Positions 48,913-58,943 of a DNA stretch of 64,000 nucleotides are shown piece after piece (within the stretch, counting starts at the first letter, position 1; each line of letters opens with the position of its first letter). Source of the stretch: Limnohabitans sp. Lineage in GTDB: Bacteria; Bacteroidota; Bacteroidia; Flavobacteriales; Flavobacteriaceae. The translations under genes were made by a program, and so were the position numbers. The stretch spans positions 1,690 through 65,689 of the forward strand of contig JASGCW010000009.1 in NCBI GenBank assembly GCA_030053945.1. The letters run 5' to 3'. A model generated the notes under the pieces. That model did not search any database and was not told the DNA's origin. It worked only from the letters and a program-made list of their open reading frames with translations.

Positions 48913-49728
48913 TTAAGCCATTTGTAATTTTACATCAGTACTTTCAAAGATTTTATCAGCTGACGCAGCGATAAAACCAGAATATAATTCACCATTAGCC
49001 ATTGGGTGACGCAATGCAAATTCATAATAACACGAAGGAATTTCTTTTGCCCCTTCGTCAAAATTTACAGAATATAGGTCGGCAAGTGTACTTGATTGTT
49101 CTAACAATTCAGCTGGTGTACCTTTAATTTCGCCTCCCGATGTATTTAACTTCCATCCGTTTGTTTTTAAGAATTCGTTTAGCGATTCTAAGTTTGGAAA
49201 TTTAGTTAACGCATTAGCATTGATCGTAAAGTGATTTGCTCTAAAACCATAAATATACATCCAAGCTGCATATTCAGATTCCTCTAACAAAGTACTATAT
49301 TTAGCAAAAGAAGTATTATTCCAAACTGCTCCTGAGATAATTAAATCTTCATTTTCAAAAAGACTTTGATCACAAGAATCTAAAGTTTCTTTTACAGCAT
49401 TTTGCAAAGATTCTGAACATTTATCTAATTCTAACTGTGAAATAAAAACACGAGGTGCATTCTTATCGGTCGTATGTTCATAGTGTTTAGCGAATAGTTT
49501 TTTAGCTTCAAAAACATATTCCCCTTTAGGCTCATAACCTGCTTTTAAAAATGGTTTTTCTAAAACAGAAATGTCCACTCTTTTATCATCATAAGTACGG
49601 ATGGCAATGTGATCATTTTCTATTTCTTCACCTTGTGAAGCTAATAATTGGTGAATTTTTTCAGCCGATGGAGTAATAGCGATATATTGCTCCCATAATT
49701 TTGATAATAATTGATCTTTATTCATTGT
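48913..49728 (-). CDS. DUF1338 protein (2-oxoadipate dioxygenase/decarboxylase HglS-like)
   Basis: NDHIAIRT, PRVFISQL, SEYAAW, NHFT, YYEFALR, ADKIFEST. Start approximated at MNKDQ; the ORF track starts at 49776. Confidence 0.75.
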   Translation of the reverse strand, partial: TMNKDQLLSKLWEQYIAITPSAEKIHQLLASQGEEIENDHIAIRTYDDKRVDISVLEKPFLKAGYEPKGEYVFEAKKLFAKHYEHTTDKNAPRVFISQLELDKCSESLQNAVKETLDSCDQSLFENEDLIISGAVWNNTSFAKYSTLLEESEYAAWMYIYGFRANHFTINANALTKFPNLESLNEFLKTNGWKLNTSGGEIKGTPAELLEQSSTLADLYSVNFDEGAKEIPSCYYEFALRHPMANGELYSGFIAASADKIFESTDVKLQMA

Positions 49729-49906
49729 TAAGACAAATTGGTTATTTTGACGCAAAATTACATTGTAAAAAGTCATTATAACACCATATGTGTTATTTTT
49801 TTATTTTTTAAACTTTTTTATGTTATAAAAGTGTAAATTTGACATTTAAGTTAGTATTTACCATAAAATTTATGTCAAATTATCACTAAACCCTTTTTAG
49901 AAGCCA

Positions 49907-50380
49907 ATGATTAGACAATTTAAAAACGAAGTATTAGATTACATAAATCAAAAAATAATCTTTTTGTTGAGTCAAGACGGACGAATGGCATTTTCGGATA
50001 TAGCTAAAGAATTAAAAATTTCCAATTCGCTTGTGCACCAACGTATAAAAAAACTTATTGATGCCAATATCATAAAAGGTTTTAAAGTACAATTAGATGC
50101 AAAAGAAATGGGGTATGAAACAATTACCTACACAGGAATTACTACTAAAGAAGCCCGATTTTCCTATGCTATAGCCGAAAAACTAAAAGAAATCCCTGAA
50201 GTCGTTGAATGCCATTTTGTTTCCGGTAAATATGCCTTATTTTTGAAAGTTGTTGCTGCTAATAATGAAGAATTTAGAAGTATTTTATATGAAAAAATTC
50301 ACGTGATTGAAGGAGTTGCCTCAACAGACTCATTTATTTCGTTTGGATCTGCTTTTGATAAAAATATACCAGTTCTGTAA
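49907..50380 (+). CDS. Lrp/AsnC family transcriptional regulator
   Basis: LSQDGRMAFSDIAKEL HTH; EVVECHFVSG ligand-binding domain; divergent from the DUF1338 operon. Confidence 0.92.
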   Translation: MIRQFKNEVLDYINQKIIFLLSQDGRMAFSDIAKELKISNSLVHQRIKKLIDANIIKGFKVQLDAKEMGYETITYTGITTKEARFSYAIAEKLKEIPEVVECHFVSGKYALFLKVVAANNEEFRSILYEKIHVIEGVASTDSFISFGSAFDKNIPVL

Positions 50381-50509
50381 TTTCTTGATTAAATTATGTA
50401 ACTATTCAGTTATAGCTTTATTCGCTTGACAATAATCCCGAAGCTTCGAGACAAAAAGTATCAAATATCCAAAATGTTTGATTTTTTGAATCATTAATAT
50501 ATTGGGATT

Positions 50510-51811
50510 CACTAGTGTCCACTATAGATTAAAAAAAGTTCTTTGAAATTATTGTAAATCCGTATTTTAAGTCTCATTTTAGAGCGTGACGATTTGAAAT
50601 GAATCCATTATGTTCGTAAATTAACATTACGAATATGAATTACGGAAAATATGTCTTTTCTCAATTGGTTGAATTTCTACCCCAGCGTGTTTTTGATAGA
50701 CTTGTAACAAAATATGATGGAAATAAAAAAGTCAGACATTTTACTTGTTGGAATCAACTTTTATGTATGATTTTCGGTCAATTGTCTTCACGTGATAGCT
50801 TACGAGATTTGATAATAGTTATCGAAGCACATCAATCAAAATCGTATCATTTAGGATTTGGAAAAAATGTAACTCGAAGCAACTTATCCAAAGCTAATGA
50901 AAACCGTAATTATAAGATATTTGAAGACTTTGCTAACCATTTAATCTTGATTGCTCAAGAAAAAAATCATAACGATAATTTTGAGATAAAAGGCAATATT
51001 TATGCTTTTGATTCTTCAACAATTGACTTGTGTTTGAGTGTGTTTTGGTGGGCTCATTTTAGAACAACCAAGGCAGGAATAAAACTCCACACACTTTTTG
51101 ATATTAACACGCAAATCCCTGTTTTCATTCACATCACAGAGGCTAACGTTCACGATGTTAATGCAATGGATATAATCAATTACGAACGTTTCGCATATTA
51201 TATTTTTGACCGTGCTTATGTGGATTATTCCAGACTATATCAAATTACTAAGTCTTGTGCTTATTTTGTTGTTAGAGCAAAATCAAATGTAAAATTCAAA
51301 AGAATGTATTCCAAAAAAACTGATAAATCCACAGGAGTTATTTATGACCAAACTGGGAAAATAGAAGGCTTTTATACTTCTAAAGACTATCCCGAAAAGA
51401 TAAGAAAAGTGAAATTCTTTGATGCTGAAAACAAAAAAATGTTACTTTTTTTGACGAATAATTTTGATTTATCTGCTCAACAAATTGCATTGCTTTACAA
51501 ACAGCGTTGGCAGATTGAATTATTCTTCAAATGGATTAAACAACATCTGAAAGTTAAAGCTTTTTGGGGAACGACAGAAAATGCTGTTCGCATACAAATT
51601 AACATCGCAATAATAACTTATTGTTTGGTGTCAATAATTGCAAAAGATTTAAAAATCAATCGTTCAATCTACGAAATATTACAAATTTTATCAGCATCAT
51701 TACTTGATAAAACACCTGTAAATGAGTTGCTTATGAAATCAGATTACAATAATGTTAATGAACATATTACTAACCAGCTGGTTTTCAATTTATTTTAAGT
51801 GGACACTAGTG
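50510..51811 (+). mobile_element. IS4-family insertion sequence, 1302 bp
   Basis: 14-bp perfect TIRs CACTAGTGTCCACT (50510-50523 / 51798-51811); 9-bp target duplication ATTGGGATT (50501-50509 and 51812-51820). Confidence 0.95.
50635..51798 (+). CDS. IS4-family DDE transposase
   Basis: AFDSSTI, FDRAYVDY, YKQRWQIELFFKWIKQHL signature. Confidence 0.95.
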   Translation: MNYGKYVFSQLVEFLPQRVFDRLVTKYDGNKKVRHFTCWNQLLCMIFGQLSSRDSLRDLIIVIEAHQSKSYHLGFGKNVTRSNLSKANENRNYKIFEDFANHLILIAQEKNHNDNFEIKGNIYAFDSSTIDLCLSVFWWAHFRTTKAGIKLHTLFDINTQIPVFIHITEANVHDVNAMDIINYERFAYYIFDRAYVDYSRLYQITKSCAYFVVRAKSNVKFKRMYSKKTDKSTGVIYDQTGKIEGFYTSKDYPEKIRKVKFFDAENKKMLLFLTNNFDLSAQQIALLYKQRWQIELFFKWIKQHLKVKAFWGTTENAVRIQINIAIITYCLVSIIAKDLKINRSIYEILQILSASLLDKTPVNELLMKSDYNNVNEHITNQLVFNLF

Positions 51812-51872
51812 ATTGGGATTTATTTCTAAAGAGCTCAGAATTTCTATCTACTTATCATCAAAATTATTAGAT

Positions 51873-52613
51873 TTAGTTCAATAAATCAGGTCTGTACTCA
51901 AAATGCATCGTATCATAATGATACCAGTTTCCACCCCAAATAAAACCGTATTTTTCGAAGATTTTGACTAATTCTAATGGAATTTTATTTTTGTATTTGA
52001 GTTTTGCATTTTCGTTAGTACACTTACAATCCCATTGCCAGTAGTTAGAAAATTGGGTATTAATATCTATAGTCATTCCAAAACTATGCATACTTAATCG
52101 GTTAGTGCCTGCAATTTTCCGCCAATTAAATGTCCCTGCAATATTTTTAAGATAGTTTTTAAATTCAGGATGTGAATCTAATTCTTCACTCAATTTTTTA
52201 ATGACTTTATCAACATTATTCACTCTGGTCACTTTAATCTTCTGATTAACTAATTTTGGACACCAAATTATTTCTACTAAATTCCTTTCTACAGCTGATT
52301 TTGTTTCTCCATATATTTTTTTAAAAAAATTTTCATTTCTAACACGCCCAGCATCATTAAGTCCAGCTTTATTTGAATCATATTTAAAATGAAACATATC
52401 TTCAATATCTGGATTTTCTAATAATTCTTTTTCAGTTTTAACTTTTCCATCATCGTAAATCAAGGAAGAACCATCTTTAAAAACAACTTGATTATTTTTA
52501 ATTTCTTTGATTTGGGGGTAATAATTTAATATTGATTTAATAGTTTGGTTTTCATTGTTTTGACTATAACCAATTTTAGTAATAGTTAAAATAAACCAGA
52601 ATAAATATTTCAT
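51873..52613 (-). CDS. M15 family zinc peptidase (peptidoglycan D,D- or L,D-peptidase)
   Basis: FNWRKI, SMHSFGMTIDIN, WGGNWYHYDTMHFEY. Start at MKYLF (about 52613) is approximate. Confidence 0.8.
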   Translation of the reverse strand: MKYLFWFILTITKIGYSQNNENQTIKSILNYYPQIKEIKNNQVVFKDGSSLIYDDGKVKTEKELLENPDIEDMFHFKYDSNKAGLNDAGRVRNENFFKKIYGETKSAVERNLVEIIWCPKLVNQKIKVTRVNNVDKVIKKLSEELDSHPEFKNYLKNIAGTFNWRKIAGTNRLSMHSFGMTIDINTQFSNYWQWDCKCTNENAKLKYKNKIPLELVKIFEKYGFIWGGNWYHYDTMHFEYRPDLLN

Positions 52614-53431
52614 TAAAAGCATTTTAATTGGTTTGTAGTAAAATTCCATTCAGGCGTAATAAGTTTGTTCCCAAAATCTTCCGAATACCAAGGGTTTAAA
52701 GTTGGTGAATTAGGATTTTTTAAAATTTGGATTTCTTGTGCAGGCATATAGCTTTGTGCTAATAAGAACACTTTTTTTCCTTTTTCATTTACTGCTACAT
52801 CTACCACAATAACCGCGTGACCTGGAAAACCTCCTTTTATAAAAACATCACCAATTTTAATTTCTGAAACACGAGTGGGTTTTAATTCCTTACTTAAAGA
52901 AGCTGTCCCGGCAAATTGAAAAACTTGTTCTAAATATTGCCAATAGGTTTCATAACTAAAAGAAGGTTCTGCTTTCTTTACCCAAGATGTTGTATTACCC
53001 TTAACTTTTATTCTAAAACCTTGTGCCCATTTGGTATAATCAACTCTAAAGCCATTGGTAAAATTAAAATGAATTTTATCGTATTGCTTTGAATTATAAA
53101 AATAATCAGCTCGCAAACGCATTACTGCATCGGCACATTGATGTAAATCTTTATTTCCAATAGGTAAATCAACCACTGCTTCATATACACTATAGTTTGG
53201 TTTTTTTGCGCCATTATAATAAGTAACATATGAATTTCGTGGTTTTAGTGGTAAATCACGTAAATATGCTTCAAATGAATTTTGTGCTTCAATAGTTCTT
53301 TTGTATCCATTGGGTGGCTGAAATCTTACCTGTATTGTAGGATTACTTTGGGCAATTAATTTATTTTCCAAAGAATTACAAAAAGTAATCACGATTATAT
53401 ATAGCCTAATTATTTTAAATTTGTTATTCAT
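52613..53431 (-). CDS. DUF4846 domain protein
   Basis: RFQPPNGYKR, DLHQCADAVMRLRA, GGFPGHAVIVVD, AQSYMPAQ. Confidence 0.75.
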   Translation of the reverse strand: MNNKFKIIRLYIIVITFCNSLENKLIAQSNPTIQVRFQPPNGYKRTIEAQNSFEAYLRDLPLKPRNSYVTYYNGAKKPNYSVYEAVVDLPIGNKDLHQCADAVMRLRADYFYNSKQYDKIHFNFTNGFRVDYTKWAQGFRIKVKGNTTSWVKKAEPSFSYETYWQYLEQVFQFAGTASLSKELKPTRVSEIKIGDVFIKGGFPGHAVIVVDVAVNEKGKKVFLLAQSYMPAQEIQILKNPNSPTLNPWYSEDFGNKLITPEWNFTTNQLKCF

Positions 53432-53478
53432 TACAATTTATATTCATTTTTAGCGTTTTTATTAACTAATTCATAATT

Positions 53479-55119
53479 ATGAAACGAATTTTACCTTTTA
53501 TTTATTATTTTTTTACTATTATATCTTTTGGTCAAACCACGGTAAATTATAACGAATCCTTCGCCGTGATAGCTAATCCAGAAAGAGGTTTACAAAAATA
53601 CACTATTACAGACGAAAACTATAATTCAACTCAGAATTATAGTAATATCGATTCTGCTGAAATCACAAACTGGAGAACAGGAAACGAAAAAATCACAGTG
53701 ATTTTACGATGTTTTTTGCTAAATGATTTCTTCTTTAGTCCAATATCAGATAATTACCTAACCAACATACAGAAGGATTTTGACATCATTAGAGAAGCAG
53801 GATTAAAATGTATAATTAGATTTTCTTATTCGGATAAAATTTCAACTGACATACAACAACCTACAAAAGAACTTATTCTAATACACCTAAAACAAATTGC
53901 TTCATTATTAGAAACAAATAAAGACATAATTGTAACGCATCAAGCTGGCTTTATAGGAACATATGGCGAATGGTATTATACCAATTCAACTGAGTTTGGT
54001 TCTGAGGGTGATATATCTTCCACACAATGGGAAAATAGAAAAGAAGTCTTAGAGGCTATGCTTAGTACAACCCCTATTACGATACCAATTCAGGTACGAT
54101 ACCCATTGATTAAAAAAAAATTGTGCCAAAACACTTCATTAACACCTTTAACAGCTTATCATGACACACCTTTAGCTAGAATTGGATTCTTTAATGATGG
54201 ATTTTTAAATGATTATGGAGATCAAGGAACCTATGAAGTAAGTAGCCAATTTGAAAACCCTTTTAATACCGCAGATTACATCTATCTTTCTAATGAAACA
54301 AAGTACACTCCTATGTCTGGCGAAACTAATGGGTTAAATCCTCCAAGGACAAATGGCGATAATGCCTTAATTGAACTTGACGCAACAAATTGGAGTTTTT
54401 TGTCAAGGGATTACTATGAACCAATCATTACAAACTGGGCAGATTCTGGATATCTTGCAACAATGACTAAAAAACTAGGGTATAGATTTGTTCTTCAAAA
54501 TTCAACTTTCAATATAAACAACACAACATTATCGGTTAAAATAAATTTGAAAAATATCGGATTTGCTAGACCATTCAAAAAACGAATTGTTTATTTAGTT
54601 CTAAGGAATAACTCGACATATTTAACTTATAGCTTTGCCTTAGATACAGATATTCGAAATTGGGAAAATTTGATACACATTAATCAAAATTTTTCATTAG
54701 AGGACTTACCATCTGGACAATATTCAAGTTATTTATATCTACCAGACAGTGAATCAAACATACAAAACACATCAGCATATTCCATCCAAATGGCGAATAC
54801 TAATTGCTGGAATGACGATACAGGTTTTAATGATTTAAATCAAATCGTCACTAAAAATTTCTTTGATGACGGAGATAACACTATGACTAATAAACTAAAA
54901 TTATATCCTAATCCAATTGCTTCTGAGTTAAATATTGATCTTGAAGTAGCGGAATCTACTCAAATTACAATATGTACAATTAGTGAAAAGCGAATCCTTG
55001 AATTTACAGTAAAAAATCACAAGAATAAACTGCTATTAGATAAACTTAATCCTGGTATTTATAACGTAACTGTTACTAATACTGCAATTAATAAGACTTT
55101 CAAAATAGTAAAATTATAA
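53479..55119 (+). CDS. T9SS-secreted DUF4874/DUF4832-type putative glycoside hydrolase
   Basis: Signal peptide; NPERG, GLKCIIRFSY, QAGFIGTYGEW, RIGFFNDGFL, LGYRF; C-terminal LYPNP sorting domain. Confidence 0.7.
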   Translation: MKRILPFIYYFFTIISFGQTTVNYNESFAVIANPERGLQKYTITDENYNSTQNYSNIDSAEITNWRTGNEKITVILRCFLLNDFFFSPISDNYLTNIQKDFDIIREAGLKCIIRFSYSDKISTDIQQPTKELILIHLKQIASLLETNKDIIVTHQAGFIGTYGEWYYTNSTEFGSEGDISSTQWENRKEVLEAMLSTTPITIPIQVRYPLIKKKLCQNTSLTPLTAYHDTPLARIGFFNDGFLNDYGDQGTYEVSSQFENPFNTADYIYLSNETKYTPMSGETNGLNPPRTNGDNALIELDATNWSFLSRDYYEPIITNWADSGYLATMTKKLGYRFVLQNSTFNINNTTLSVKINLKNIGFARPFKKRIVYLVLRNNSTYLTYSFALDTDIRNWENLIHINQNFSLEDLPSGQYSSYLYLPDSESNIQNTSAYSIQMANTNCWNDDTGFNDLNQIVTKNFFDDGDNTMTNKLKLYPNPIASELNIDLEVAESTQITICTISEKRILEFTVKNHKNKLLLDKLNPGIYNVTVTNTAINKTFKIVKL

Positions 55120-57141
55120 CAAACCGTTATACTTTCTGGTAAACCATTCTGTAGCTAATAAAATCGCTAAAAGTACAAGACCCCAAATCCAATCAATTAA
55201 TGGTGATTTCTTGACAATCTCTTTTTGTATTGGTTTATACATATCAGTTTCTTCAAGAAATTTTATTAGTTCAGAGATTTTAGAAGGGAAAAAAGCTTTA
55301 CCCTGAGTATTTTCAGCTAATTGTTGCAAACGGTTTTTATCTGCGTTAACAAATTGTTTTTCGGCATCAAAATGAATAATTTGAAAATTACCCGCATATT
55401 GTGTTCCTGAATTTTTTTCTTTAACGATAAAGCTATAATTGCCTGAATCTAAATTATCAAAGGCTACCGAATAATCACTATTCCCTTTGACAAAATCATA
55501 CATTTTTAATGCATTTGATTCTTTATTCTTTAACTGAATTGTTAATTGGGCATTCTCATCAAACTCATAGTTCTTATTAAAGTATTGTGCAGAAATAGTA
55601 ATGGTTTCACCTGAATTATAAAAGTTTTCGTGGTTTACCACCAAATTCTTTTTCTTAGCATTTGTTGTCAAATATTGAATAATTTTGTCTATAAAAAGAT
55701 CAAATTTTTCAAATGATTTATCTTTTAAATAATTCTCCATTCGCCATTTCCAAAGATTTTCTCCAAAAAGATAAGCATTTCTGTTTCCTCCATTTTCAAT
55801 AAATGATAATAAAGGATTTTCTGTATTTACAGTTCTAATCCTTGCCTGCAACAGTATGTTGGCGTTTTGTTTAGGAGTTATCGTTCCAAATGGATTTTCT
55901 AAGGGAGGAAATTGTTCAAATCCAAAATTATCAATTGCAAATGAATTAAAGTTTGCATTAAAATTTGCAGAATAATCTTCTTTTTGCCCAGACATTTTAA
56001 AGTCAAAATGGCTTTGGTTTTGGTTCAATAAATTAAAATCGGTACTTAAACCAGTGATGGTAAAAGTATTTAATTTTGAATTTTTATTTTGATCTAAAAC
56101 TGATTTGAAAGTAACATCTGGCTGATACAAAACTAAAACATTAAAATCATCTAACTCTTTAATATTATTAGATTTAACTAATGTTACTTTACGTTGAGCG
56201 TTAGATTCGATAGCACGTTTCAAAACACCTAAATCGGGATGGTTGATATTTGAAACGATTCCTACTTCTGTTCGCTGATCAATAACTTCTACTGCAAAGT
56301 TTTTAACATTATTGAATTTATTTTTTTCATTTTCGGCAGAAGATAAGACTGCTCTATAATTATGCACTCCTACTCTATCTGCTTGTAATAAAACGGAAAG
56401 ATTTTCTGATTTTTTAGTATTTGAAAAAGAAACACTTTGTTTAAAAACAGCTGCGTCACCACTAAAAATTGTTAGATTTCCATTTACTGCTTTGTTTCCA
56501 GTATAATTCAGGAAAACTTCAACTGGGAATTTATTTTTAAGAAAGGCATACTTATTAGCATTCAATTGTGAAATTTTCAAATCCAAATGTTCAATTGTAT
56601 CACCCAAAATTACTGGGAATACATTTGCATTTTGTTGAATATTAAAAACATAGTCGTTACCTTGAGTTTGATTTCCATCTGTCAATAAAACTATTGGATG
56701 AATCTCAGAACGATGTAATTGTTTTAAATTCTCAAATACCTTATAAATATTGGATTGTTTACCTTTAAAATCAAGAGATTTGTTTGATGCAAATTCTTCA
56801 TCAAAAGAAAATAATTCAATTTGGTATTTATTTTGTAAAGCGGCATTCGAATTGAATAAATCTGCTATTTCTTTGGCCTTTTTATCTTGTCCTAAAAAAG
56901 AAATTGACTCTGAATTATCGACAACAATAGGCAACGGCGTTTTTTTCGTTTCGTATGTTTTTCTTGAAATGATTGGATTTATCAATAAAACCAAAACCAA
57001 AAAAATAGCAGCGAAACGCAAAAAAGCCAAAAACAAATGCAATTTTGATTTGTAATTGGCTCTATATAGATATTGATAAAATGCAATTCCAGCGGATACT
57101 AATAAGGCTAAAAGTAAAAGTAAAATTGTGTTTATCGACAT
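55114..57141 (-). CDS. Membrane-anchored VWA-like domain protein
   Basis: N-terminal TM segments; VVDNSES and LLTDGNQ MIDAS-like motifs; C-terminal EWFTRK. Confidence 0.7.
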   Translation of the reverse strand: MSINTILLLLLALLVSAGIAFYQYLYRANYKSKLHLFLAFLRFAAIFLVLVLLINPIISRKTYETKKTPLPIVVDNSESISFLGQDKKAKEIADLFNSNAALQNKYQIELFSFDEEFASNKSLDFKGKQSNIYKVFENLKQLHRSEIHPIVLLTDGNQTQGNDYVFNIQQNANVFPVILGDTIEHLDLKISQLNANKYAFLKNKFPVEVFLNYTGNKAVNGNLTIFSGDAAVFKQSVSFSNTKKSENLSVLLQADRVGVHNYRAVLSSAENEKNKFNNVKNFAVEVIDQRTEVGIVSNINHPDLGVLKRAIESNAQRKVTLVKSNNIKELDDFNVLVLYQPDVTFKSVLDQNKNSKLNTFTITGLSTDFNLLNQNQSHFDFKMSGQKEDYSANFNANFNSFAIDNFGFEQFPPLENPFGTITPKQNANILLQARIRTVNTENPLLSFIENGGNRNAYLFGENLWKWRMENYLKDKSFEKFDLFIDKIIQYLTTNAKKKNLVVNHENFYNSGETITISAQYFNKNYEFDENAQLTIQLKNKESNALKMYDFVKGNSDYSVAFDNLDSGNYSFIVKEKNSGTQYAGNFQIIHFDAEKQFVNADKNRLQQLAENTQGKAFFPSKISELIKFLEETDMYKPIQKEIVKKSPLIDWIWGLVLLAILLATEWFTRKYNGLL

Positions 57142-57148
57142 TTTGATA

Positions 57149-57210
57149 AGTATTCAGTTTCAGTATTCAGTGTTCAGTATTCAGTGTTCAGTATTCCGAG
57201 TTCAGTATTC
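57149..57210. repeat. Heptamer tandem repeat (AGTATTC/AGTGTTC) x about 9
   Basis: AGTATTC AGTTTC AGTATTC AGTGTTC AGTATTC AGTGTTC AGTATTC CGAGTTC AGTATTC. Confidence 0.85.
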
Positions 57211-57254
57211 TGTGAATCAATCACAAAATTCTAAAAACAGGAAACTACTTAAAT

Positions 57255-57461
57255 TCATCTGTTTAAAAATGAATTGTTTTTATCAAAAAATAATTTGATT
57301 ATAAAAATTAATATTGCAATAACTTCAATAGTTTTACCGATAAACAGAGTTAGATTTCCTGTGAAAAAACCCAATTCAAAATGAGTAATTTTCAAAAGTG
57401 CTCCAAATATTACAATTATTAATCCAATCAGGAATAAAATGATTATATACTTGTTTTTCAT
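57255..57461 (-). CDS. Small two-TM protein resembling the GldL N-terminal membrane domain
   Basis: IVIFGALLKITH pattern; 68 aa, two hydrophobic helices. Confidence 0.5.
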   Translation of the reverse strand: MKNKYIIILFLIGLIIVIFGALLKITHFELGFFTGNLTLFIGKTIEVIAILIFIIKLFFDKNNSFLNR

Positions 57462-57497
57462 AATCTGAAACTGCCTACTGTTTACTGCTACTGCCTA

Positions 57498-58244
57498 CTA
57501 AGTAAGCATTCCTCCGTCTACGTTCAACACTTGTCCTGTTACATAAGCACTCATATCTGAGCCTAAGAACACACAAGCATTTGCAATATCTTCTGGTGTA
57601 CCACCTCGTTTTAAAGGAATTGTATCTCTCCAACCTTGTACTACATCTTCGTTTAATTTTGCAGTCATTTCAGTTTCAATAAATCCAGGTGCTAATGCGT
57701 TGCAACGGATGTTACGTGAACCTAATTCTAAAGCAATAGATTTAGTAAAACCTATCATACCTGCTTTAGAAGCTGCATAGTTAGCTTGCCCAGCATTACC
57801 TTTGACCCCTACAACACTACTCATATTAATGATAGAACCTGCACGGTTTTTCAACATTGTTTTTTGAACCGCTTTAGTCATATTGAAAACCGATTTTAAA
57901 TTGATATCAATTACCGCATCAAAATCTTCTTCTGACATACGCATTAATAAATTGTCTTTTGTAACACCTGCATTATTAATCAAAATATCAACAGTTCCAA
58001 ATTCAGCCAAAACATCATCTACTAATTTTTGAGCTTCATTAAAATCGGCTGCATTAGATTTATATCCTTTTGCTTTAACACCTAAAGCGATTAATTCATT
58101 TTCTAAAGCCAAAGCACTTTCAGCCGAAGAACTATAAGTAAAAGCTACATTAGCTCCATTTTTTGCAAAAACTTCTGCAATTCCTTTACCAATACCTCTA
58201 CTTGCACCAGTAATAATTGCCACTTTTCCTTCTAATAATTTCAT
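57498..58244 (-). CDS. fabG: 3-oxoacyl-ACP reductase
   Basis: TGASRGIG, NNAGVTKD, YAASKAG, GQVLNVDGG. Confidence 0.93.
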   Translation of the reverse strand: MKLLEGKVAIITGASRGIGKGIAEVFAKNGANVAFTYSSSAESALALENELIALGVKAKGYKSNAADFNEAQKLVDDVLAEFGTVDILINNAGVTKDNLLMRMSEEDFDAVIDINLKSVFNMTKAVQKTMLKNRAGSIINMSSVVGVKGNAGQANYAASKAGMIGFTKSIALELGSRNIRCNALAPGFIETEMTAKLNEDVVQGWRDTIPLKRGGTPEDIANACVFLGSDMSAYVTGQVLNVDGGMLT

Positions 58245-58374
58245 TGTAAATTCTTGTTTTGTAATAAAAAATTTGGTCGAACAAATATAACAAACTTTAT
58301 TATTTAAAAAATCTTTCCAAGAAGATTAAACTTTCTTAAATTAAGGTAGTCAAAATAAAATCATTTTTTCTGAT

Positions 58375-58941
58375 ATGCCATTAAGCCAAAATGAATTTTA
58401 CAAATTATATAACGAATATAAACTATTAGTTTATAATATGGCGTTGCATTATATTCAAAACATTGAAGATGCAGAAGAAATCACTCAGGATGTTTTTGTA
58501 CAGTTATATAATTCGTATGATGATTTTAGAAACAATTCGACTATAAAAACTTGGCTTTATAGAATTACAATCAATAAATCTTTAGACTTTATTAAGCATA
58601 AAAAAAGTAAAAAACGTTTTTTCATTTTCGGGAATAAATCAAATTCAGAAAATGACTTATTAAAATCCTCAAATTTTGAACACCCAGGAATACTTTTAGA
58701 ACGAAAAGAAGATGCTGAGACATTATTTAGAGTAATCAACAATTTGCCTGACAATCTAAAAACCGCTTTTATTTTGGCAAAAATTGATGGACTTAGCAAT
58801 CCCGAAGTAGCAGAAATTATGAATATTAGTATCTCTGCCGTAGAATCGCTAGTATTTAGAGCCAAAAATTCTCTGAAAGAAAAATTATCAATAATTTTTG
58901 AAGAATATTACAAGAATCATAAAATTAAGTCGTCTAAGTAA
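58375..58941 (+). CDS. ECF sigma-70 factor
   Basis: DAEEITQDVF, KTWLYRITINKSLD, EVAEIMNISISAVESLVFRAK. Confidence 0.93.
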   Translation: MPLSQNEFYKLYNEYKLLVYNMALHYIQNIEDAEEITQDVFVQLYNSYDDFRNNSTIKTWLYRITINKSLDFIKHKKSKKRFFIFGNKSNSENDLLKSSNFEHPGILLERKEDAETLFRVINNLPDNLKTAFILAKIDGLSNPEVAEIMNISISAVESLVFRAKNSLKEKLSIIFEEYYKNHKIKSSK

Positions 58942-58943
58942 AT

